DNA of 64,000 nucleotides. Source: Candidatus Omnitrophota bacterium. Lineage in GTDB: Bacteria; Omnitrophota; Omnitrophia; Omnitrophales; Aquincolibacteriaceae. The translations under genes and the position numbers were made by a program. The number at the start of each line of letters is the position of its first letter. The stretch's first letter is position 1. Below the pieces are notes generated by a model. It had not been told where the DNA came from. It ran no database searches and saw nothing but the letters and a program-made list of their open reading frames with translations. The stretch spans positions 20,016 to 84,015 of the forward strand of contig JAUYMS010000030.1 in NCBI GenBank assembly GCA_030698625.1. The letters run 5' to 3'. This document shows, piece by piece, positions 57,548-64,000 of this stretch.

Positions 57548-59521
57548 ATGATACTTACAGAAAATTTAAAATTTGGGCGCTTGGCACGAATCGACTGGTC
57601 TCTTTGGGGCATTCTCGCTTTAGGCTTTGTTCTGAGAATCCTACTGCTCGACAAGCGTCCCCCGCATGTCGATGAAGCCGTCAACGGCTGGTTCCTGGGC
57701 CAGATTACCGCAAAGGGATATTACGCTTATAATGCCTCCAATTATCACGGGCCGCTACATTACTATATCCTGTTCCTGTTCAAGTTCTTATTCGGCAGCA
57801 CTCTCATCTCGTTGAGGCTATCCGCGGTTTGTTTTGGGACGGCAGTGCTCGGCCTGATCTGCTCTATGGGGAAATACTTTGGTCGTCCGGTCGCGTACGG
57901 GGCCGCTCTTTTCCTCGCAGTTTCACCCGGAATGGTGTTTTACAGTCGCTATGCCATTCATGAATCAGCCTTTCTGTTTTTCTCGCTGTTGTGCATCTCT
58001 GGTATTCTTCGCCTCTATGCGGAAGGCGACAAGACGTCTTTGTGGTATCTCGGCGCGGGTATCTCCGGCATGGTGGTTTTGAAAGAAACATTCCTGATTC
58101 ACTTAGCCGCAATGGGCTTGTCGCTCGTCACATGTAAGTCGCTGGAAGCCACATTGCCCACAAGAGAAGGTTTTTCGCTCGCTCGGAGAAGTTTCAGTAG
58201 GCAGGACATCTCTAAAGTCGCAGCTGTCGCAATATTTGCCGTTATTTGTTTCTACTCGGGTTTTTTTCTGCATTGGGAAGGGCTTGTTGATTTCACGAAG
58301 TCTCTCGTGATCTGGACCGAGCGCAGTTTACAACCAAAGGGGCACGCGAAACCCTTTCTCTACTGGGTGGGTATCTTCGTGCGCTATGAGTGGGTCTGTG
58401 CTGCGGGACTCGTGGGGATCTTTACGCTGATATTTTCGGATCAGCGGAGTAAACGTTTTGCCGCACTTTATGGGGGCATAGTCCTCACAGTATATAGTCT
58501 CATCCCGTATAAGACGCCGTGGCTTGTGATCGGTTTCATTTGGCCTTTCGCTCTGAGCGTCTCGTCGTGCTTGAATGAACTGGCCGGACGCTCTCGCCGT
58601 TGCCTGCGCATTGCTCTCATCGCCGGAACGCTATTTGTTGCAGCGTCCCTGTGGAAGACCGTCACGCTCAATTTTTTCCATGAGACGGATCCGAATGAAC
58701 CGTATGTTTATGTGCAGACTTTCACCCCGATCATGGCCGTGAAGGATAAGCTTGACCGCCTCGTGAAGTCAGACCGGACCGAGCGGCATATGCCGATCTC
58801 GGTACTGTTTAAGGATTACTGGCCGCTGCCGTGGCTATTGCGTGATTTCACCAACGTCTCTTACGCGACGAATATCCCCGACAATATCGATAGCCAAGTC
58901 GTCTTTTGTGAAACTGCTCATCAGGGCGTTGTCGAGTCTGCTTTGCGGCGGGATTACTTTGTCGAACGCTTTCCGCTGCGCAATGCCCGGGAGGATATCG
59001 CGGTCTACTTGGAGGCAACCACTTTTTCCGGTCTGGTATCGCCGGATATGCGTCGCGTTGCCGCGGCGACCGCCAGAGAGATCCCCGAGGGGAAGGGGCT
59101 AATGGCTTGGTACTTTGGTAATCGCGAGTGGAAGGGTCCCACTCTGTTTCGACGGCGCACTGCCGATTTGGACTTTCATTGGGAGGATCTAAACCGTCCG
59201 CTGCCGGCCCCGTTCGGGATTATCCTGGAGGGAGAAATTTTTATTCCCGAAGATGGTCCGCGGACATTTCTTCTTACTAGTGACGACGGTGCTGAGCTTG
59301 TGATTGACGGAGAAGTCGTGATAGACAATCTTGGAGTTCATGAGGAACTTACGAAAATGGGCTCAAAAAACCTAAGTCAGGGCTGGCGGAAAATACGAAT
59401 TCGTTATTTTGATGTCGGCGGGGGCGCCATACTGCGGCTTTACTGGCAGGACTCAGCAGGACAGGCTGTCCCGATACCGCTTCAGAATCTTCGTGTCAAA
59501 TCAACGGCGGAGCAAACATGA
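57548..59521 (+). CDS. GT-C superfamily glycosyltransferase (ArnT/PMT-like, family 39-like) with a C-terminal PA14 domain
   Basis: There are about 11 TM helices and a first periplasmic loop with a DE motif (RPPHVDEAVNGW). The C-terminus ...FIPEDGPRTFLLTSDDGAELVIDGEVVIDNLGVHE...IRIRYFDVGGGAILRLYWQ matches the PA14 fold signature. Confidence 0.65.
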   Translation: MILTENLKFGRLARIDWSLWGILALGFVLRILLLDKRPPHVDEAVNGWFLGQITAKGYYAYNASNYHGPLHYYILFLFKFLFGSTLISLRLSAVCFGTAVLGLICSMGKYFGRPVAYGAALFLAVSPGMVFYSRYAIHESAFLFFSLLCISGILRLYAEGDKTSLWYLGAGISGMVVLKETFLIHLAAMGLSLVTCKSLEATLPTREGFSLARRSFSRQDISKVAAVAIFAVICFYSGFFLHWEGLVDFTKSLVIWTERSLQPKGHAKPFLYWVGIFVRYEWVCAAGLVGIFTLIFSDQRSKRFAALYGGIVLTVYSLIPYKTPWLVIGFIWPFALSVSSCLNELAGRSRRCLRIALIAGTLFVAASLWKTVTLNFFHETDPNEPYVYVQTFTPIMAVKDKLDRLVKSDRTERHMPISVLFKDYWPLPWLLRDFTNVSYATNIPDNIDSQVVFCETAHQGVVESALRRDYFVERFPLRNAREDIAVYLEATTFSGLVSPDMRRVAAATAREIPEGKGLMAWYFGNREWKGPTLFRRRTADLDFHWEDLNRPLPAPFGIILEGEIFIPEDGPRTFLLTSDDGAELVIDGEVVIDNLGVHEELTKMGSKNLSQGWRKIRIRYFDVGGGAILRLYWQDSAGQAVPIPLQNLRVKSTAEQT

Positions 59522-61143
59522 GTTTACTTGTCGGAACGCTCATGGCAGTTACTGCATCCTCGGCTCTGGGGCTCATTCTGTCTCTGATCTTTGGGGCTTT
59601 GACGACGTCTATTGCGGGGTGGTCATTGGCCGCAGGTGCCCTTGTCGGGATTTTGATCTTCAGATATGCCGCCGTAACTTGCGAGCGAATGCGGTTTGGT
59701 TATGAAGCATGGATTGTCCTGTTTTTATACTCTCTGTTTTCACTACGCCAGTTTCTTTGGATCTATTTTTATAGAGGCGGCGCGATGTGGACACTTGACG
59801 CCTATAACATCGGAGACCTTCCTCTGCATTTGACTCATATCTTTAATTTTGTAGAAGGAGCGACGTTTTGGCCTGAGAACCCGCTCATGACCGGAGAAAC
59901 GATGAGGTATCCGTTTGGTGTCGATCTGTTCGCGGCACTGTGGCTAAAAGCGGGCATTCCCGTCGAGCGCACTCTACCGCTTATGGGACTTGCCGCAGCC
60001 GCCTTACTTGGCTTTGCTCTCTTTCGATGGGCCGGGGCATTAGGTGTGGCGGCTTTCTTGTTTGGGGGCGGTGCCCAGAATTTAGCATGGAAAAGTCTGC
60101 CTTTGGCCTTATGGATACCTCAGAGAGGTTTCCTCTTCGCACTGCCGGCCGGGCTCTTGCTACTCTGGGCATGGCGTCGGCGATATTTGCAGAAACGGCC
60201 GTCGATGGCAATTCTGACTGAAGGAGTCCTGTGGGGATGTTTGCCTCTCTTTCATGTGCACACGTTTCTTTTTATCTCTCTGATATTCGTGCTCTGGGTC
60301 ATCGTCGGCCGACGCTTTCGCGATGGGATCTATACTTTTTTGTGGGCGGTAGTCCCCGCATCATTGCTGGTATGGAATCTGACCGATGGATTTCAGATGG
60401 TTTCGCTCATTTGGTGGAAACCGGGCTGGCTGATCGGTGAAGAAAATCCCCTTCTTTTCCTCTGGAAGAATTTCGGTCTGATGATCCCTGCCGTTGCTAT
60501 TGCCGTTTATGCCGCATGGCGGCAGCGCAGTGTGGAGCATGCCTGGCTTCTCGGCCCCGGGATTGTCATGTTTGTTGCGCTCTTCTTTGTCATGGTATCG
60601 CCCTGGGATTGGGACAATACGAAAATGATGATCTGGTGTTACCTTATCGTGCTTGCACCTCTTAACGAATTATTACTAAAAGATCCTTCGCCTTTCCTGC
60701 GCATACTGGTTTTTGCCGCTCTTTTTTATCCGGGAGTGTATGCCGTCGCAGATTCCACGGGGAAAACGAAGGGGATCCAAGTGGCAGACCTGAAGGAACT
60801 GGATCCTGTCTGCCAGGCTGTACAGAAATTGAATCCTGAAGCTCGATTTTTGACTGCTCCCGTCTACAATCACCCCGTGAGTCTCTGTGGTCGAAAGGTG
60901 GTTGCCGGCTACGGGGGGCATTTATGGAGCCACGGGATCGACTCAAAGGAAGTTGATGGAAGAATCCGAAAATTAATGTCGGGAGATGCCGCCTGGCATA
61001 CAATAGCGCGGACATTAGGTGCGGGTTACTTATATTGGGGACCGCGTGAAGAAAGAGAATTTCCCGGATCAAAAAAACCATGGGAAAATAAAGCGCGTCG
61101 CTTAGCGCACGGCGACTGGGGAGCCTTGTATGATATTACGTAG
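59518..61143 (+). CDS. Hypothetical polytopic membrane protein (possibly a glycosyltransferase-associated GT-C-like partner)
   Basis: At least 12 hydrophobic helices. It overlaps the upstream gene by 4 nt. No specific motif recognised. Confidence 0.5.
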   Translation: MSLLVGTLMAVTASSALGLILSLIFGALTTSIAGWSLAAGALVGILIFRYAAVTCERMRFGYEAWIVLFLYSLFSLRQFLWIYFYRGGAMWTLDAYNIGDLPLHLTHIFNFVEGATFWPENPLMTGETMRYPFGVDLFAALWLKAGIPVERTLPLMGLAAAALLGFALFRWAGALGVAAFLFGGGAQNLAWKSLPLALWIPQRGFLFALPAGLLLLWAWRRRYLQKRPSMAILTEGVLWGCLPLFHVHTFLFISLIFVLWVIVGRRFRDGIYTFLWAVVPASLLVWNLTDGFQMVSLIWWKPGWLIGEENPLLFLWKNFGLMIPAVAIAVYAAWRQRSVEHAWLLGPGIVMFVALFFVMVSPWDWDNTKMMIWCYLIVLAPLNELLLKDPSPFLRILVFAALFYPGVYAVADSTGKTKGIQVADLKELDPVCQAVQKLNPEARFLTAPVYNHPVSLCGRKVVAGYGGHLWSHGIDSKEVDGRIRKLMSGDAAWHTIARTLGAGYLYWGPREEREFPGSKKPWENKARRLAHGDWGALYDIT

Positions 61144-61768
61144 AACCTATTTGGTCGGTGTTGAGGTTAAACACAGGATCGATTTTGTGATCAACCCCTG
61201 GCTCCTCCAGCTTACGTTGACATGTGACGGTGATAGACTCCTGAGGCGCAGTCTTCTCTTGAAAACGGACAGGTCATTCGAGTTCGGTACGGACGCGCGC
61301 CACCTTCTAGCGGTGTACTTCAATATCTGGGATGCCTTTCGCCAGCAGGAAATATTAGATATGCGGCTCAACGGTCATAAGATTTATCCGATTATGTTGT
61401 CAGCGCCGAGACATGAAAAGATTGAAGGCGCGATTGACGAAGCCGCATGCGCGCTTTTGTTCGTGGCAGTTATTAACGTTGCCTATTCCGTAAAGGGATT
61501 CTTGTTTTCGCGGGCCACTCCTCCATTCGAAGAAAGCTTTTTTTTAATCTTCGGCGGGATGGTTTATTTGTTGCTCGGAGTACGCGTGCTGCGGCGTAAA
61601 TGGCAGGCCCTTGCTTTAGCGACTTTGCTTTATGCTGCGGATTCCTTCTACCGGATGGCTTCGGATTTCAGCGTGCCGGGTCTTGTCGTTCGGATCGTTC
61701 TTCTCTATTTCCTCGTGGCGGGCTTTGCCGCATTTCGCGGCAAGAAAAGCGTACCCGCTGCGAGCTGA
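61130..61768 (+). CDS. Hypothetical membrane protein
   Basis: Four hydrophobic helices in the C-terminal half. It overlaps the upstream gene by 14 nt. Confidence 0.4.
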   Translation: MILRRTYLVGVEVKHRIDFVINPWLLQLTLTCDGDRLLRRSLLLKTDRSFEFGTDARHLLAVYFNIWDAFRQQEILDMRLNGHKIYPIMLSAPRHEKIEGAIDEAACALLFVAVINVAYSVKGFLFSRATPPFEESFFLIFGGMVYLLLGVRVLRRKWQALALATLLYAADSFYRMASDFSVPGLVVRIVLLYFLVAGFAAFRGKKSVPAAS

Positions 61769-61992
61769 AAACAAGCCCGCCCCCATACGCTAAGGAAGGG
61801 CGGCCAGGAAACACTCCTCCAAAACGCGCTGCTACGCTCGGAGTTAATTTTTGGGACTGTCGCCCCAAAAATTTATCACCTCGTCTCCGCAAGAAGCGCT
61901 AATTGTTTTTCCGGAGTATTCCCTGCCCACTCTTCCTTGTCCTCGCTTAACGAACCACAATTCAACTTGCTCCAAGCGCACCCACAACCCGA

Positions 61993-62138
61993 GAGGTGAA
62001 AACGAGACCGCCAGAAACATGCGGAGGATTTCTCTGGCCGTATCAGCGAGTATCAAAGTCACCAGATTTCGGCAAGACTTTGATGGGCAAGATAGGCCAA
62101 GAAATCCGTAGCGTTTCGGGCGGTCTCGTTTTCGGCTC
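61993..62138 (-). repeat. MITE-like palindromic repeat element, copy B (inverted relative to copy A)
   Basis: About 90% identical to the reverse complement of 27643..27788. The terminal 15 bp gaaaacgagaccgcc and ggcggtctcgttttc form a perfect inverted repeat. The internal stems are ggatttctctggcc / ggccaagaaatcc and atcaaagtc / gactttgat. The ORF-track peptides 61851..62111 and 61996..62253 mirror the peptide of 27355..27816. Confidence 0.75.
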
Positions 62139-62249
62139 GCAGCGCCTACTGGAGGAGTGTTTCCTGGCCGTCCGTCGAGAAGCGTTTCAGGCAGACTTGT
62201 TTTTAGGGCGGGCGTCTTCAACGGGCGTAGCCAGGATTGCTACAGAAAA

Positions 62250-62645
62250 CTAAAGAGATACTTGGGTTTTTTTCTTTATCGTGACGACTTCAGAGCGGTG
62301 AAAGCCGACCTCGCTGCCGTCGACGAGCAGCATGAGCCATTTTTCATCCTTCGATACCAATTTGCCGGTGACAATGCGCCCGTTATTAAGATGAACCTCG
62401 ATCTCGGGAGGCTCCGGGATACCTTCGCTGCTCTCGGCCCGGCGCTTATTCCGGCGTTCTTCCCAATTTGATTGCTCACCGCGGATATCATCGGCGGCAA
62501 TGGGCAAGCTTGTCAGGGGAAGGACTCCCGAGAGGTTGACGGCGCCCCCTTGTGTGTAAGAAGAAAAGACTACTTCCAAGCCGAAGGCGGCATACGTTAC
62601 GGCCGCGAATAATGCGAAAGTATTGATAAGCGTTTTCGCCTTCAT
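62250..62645 (-). CDS. Small secreted hypothetical protein
   Basis: Signal peptide (MKAKTLINTFALFAAVTYAA). No motif recognised. Confidence 0.4.
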   Translation of the reverse strand: MKAKTLINTFALFAAVTYAAFGLEVVFSSYTQGGAVNLSGVLPLTSLPIAADDIRGEQSNWEERRNKRRAESSEGIPEPPEIEVHLNNGRIVTGKLVSKDEKWLMLLVDGSEVGFHRSEVVTIKKKTQVSL

Positions 62646-62655
62646 GGCGAGAGGG

Positions 62656-63708
62656 TCACGAGTACTTTTCTTGGAAGATTTTGGCCAGTACGAAGAAGAG
62701 TGTCAGCATTACAGGCGCCAGAAAGATGCCCATGAGTCCGTAAACTTTAAGACCTCCCAAGATGCCGAAAAAAAGCAGGACGTAGGGGAGCTTTGTCTTT
62801 TCGCCGATGAGGGCGGGTTTCATGATGTTGTCTATTAAGCTGATGATAAATAAACCGACGGCCGCCAGGATTGCCGCTTTTACATAGGCTTGAATGGTAA
62901 TCAAATAAACCGTCAGGGAAAGCCAAATCGCCGAAGCGCCGACTACTGGGACCAAGGTTGCCAAAAAGGTTGCGCCCGCAAAAAAGATGGAAGCCGGGAT
63001 TCCGAGTAACCAGAACGCGATGCCGGCGATGACTGATTGTACTAGGCTCGTAAGAAGCTGCCCCCGGATAACGGCCGAGAAGGTGTCGTTGATTTTGGCG
63101 AATATGGACTTTTTGGCATCTTCCTCGATAGGGGCGATGGCATAGACAAAATTATAAATGGCCTCGCCGTCTTTGAAGAAGACAAAGACAAGAAAAAACA
63201 TGAGGACGACGTTGAGACTGATTAGGAACAGATTCTTGGTAAAAACGCCGACCTGAGAGATGGCAAAGTTTGCCGAAGCCTTGGAAGCGCCCAGCAGCGA
63301 GGCCGTCATATTTTCTTTTAACGGCTCCCATTGAAAGACATTCGCCTCGATTCTCTGGATGAGAGGCAGAGCTCGAATCTGATCGATGAGGCTCTCGAGC
63401 CGTCCTTCGCGGATGTAGTCACTGACGGCCTGATACAGATCCAGTGCCTGTCCCGTGACATTGATGATGACTAGGACCACCGGGGGAACGACGATGAAGA
63501 AGATAAAGACGGTCATGACGACGGCTTTGACCGTGTCATTGGCCTTCCAGGAGTGTTTCAATTTCTTGTACAGGGGATAAGAACCGAATGAGAGGATCGC
63601 TGCCCAGAACATGGCCTGCACAAAGGGCAGAAAGATCAAAGAGACCTGGTAGAGAACAAAAACTAGTAACAGGATAAAAAATAGGGAAATGAGCTGGTCA
63701 CGATTCAT
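62656..63708 (-). CDS. AI-2E family transporter (PerM/TqsA/YdiK-like, UPF0118)
   Basis: Eight TM helices with the characteristic C-terminal LLFFGILGGLKVYGLMGIFLAPVMLTLFFVLAK segment. Confidence 0.65.
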   Translation of the reverse strand: MNRDQLISLFFILLLVFVLYQVSLIFLPFVQAMFWAAILSFGSYPLYKKLKHSWKANDTVKAVVMTVFIFFIVVPPVVLVIINVTGQALDLYQAVSDYIREGRLESLIDQIRALPLIQRIEANVFQWEPLKENMTASLLGASKASANFAISQVGVFTKNLFLISLNVVLMFFLVFVFFKDGEAIYNFVYAIAPIEEDAKKSIFAKINDTFSAVIRGQLLTSLVQSVIAGIAFWLLGIPASIFFAGATFLATLVPVVGASAIWLSLTVYLITIQAYVKAAILAAVGLFIISLIDNIMKPALIGEKTKLPYVLLFFGILGGLKVYGLMGIFLAPVMLTLFFVLAKIFQEKYS

Positions 63709-64000
63709 AAGCGTTCAGTCTATATCATTTCTTCATTTATTGACAAGCAGATAGGCTTATCTCATTCGGGTGAGTCTGTTTATCGTCTTTTTCAAAGGGT
63801 TCCAGCATAGCGGATATAAGTAAAGTTACAAATCTGCTCCTGTTATGGAGAAAATTGCTAAGAATCCTAGAGTAGGCGACATTAAGACCACATAACTCTT
63901 TTTATGTTAATCAGTTATGAGGCAATAGATAAACTCCCCTCAACGGTGTTCTTTGGGCTCAAATAGGCCCTTTTGCACCCGAAATCTAAAAAAAAGACGT

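Noticed and set aside
1-64000. rRNA, tRNA, tmRNA, CRISPR and transposase searches by eye
   Set aside because: No tRNA-like T-arm or anticodon-arm patterns, no transposase or integrase motifs (DDE, tyrosine recombinase) and no direct-repeat/spacer arrays were seen. A covariance-model scan is needed for a definitive negative.

Overview
The window is dominated by one uninterrupted + strand ORF (16..27627, 9,203 aa; frame open from nt 1, so it may be 5'-partial). It encodes a giant mosaic protein. The recognisable modules are an N-terminal ATP-grasp-like domain, a protein-L-isoaspartate O-methyltransferase (PIMT)-like domain, and a complete SNF2-family helicase ATPase. These are followed by about 13 kb of diverged internal repeats: at least 8 copies of a module with an LGxG(x5)NLQGxW signature and 3 copies of a VVTYYS...GVSHLH...YGLDxxFRY module. 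Further downstream lie an HExxH zincin-like motif region, a TPR block and a C-terminal region of unknown function. No comparable ATP-grasp + PIMT + SNF2 + repeat + HExxH + TPR fusion is known to me, so this gene is the main candidate for an undescribed system. Immediately downstream is a small accessory patch (27.6-30 kb). It holds a ~146 bp hairpin-forming MITE-like repeat (a second, inverted copy lies at 61993..62138), a hypothetical gene, a decayed Mug/TDG-family glycosylase pseudogene and a BrnT/BrnA toxin-antitoxin pair. The rest (30-64 kb) looks like ordinary chromosomal envelope and housekeeping genes. These include two secreted SNase-like nucleases, msrB, a Mak-like ROK kinase, an ExbB-ExbD-TPR-VWA operon, dsbD with a redoxin, maf, pilT, a pseudopilin, bolA-grxD, lgt, TadE/TadG-like minor pilins with a PT-rich hexanucleotide-repeat tail, a GT-C glycosyltransferase with a C-terminal PA14 domain, and an AI-2E transporter. 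No rRNA, tRNA or CRISPR array was recognised. The many antisense ORFs inside the giant gene are judged spurious.
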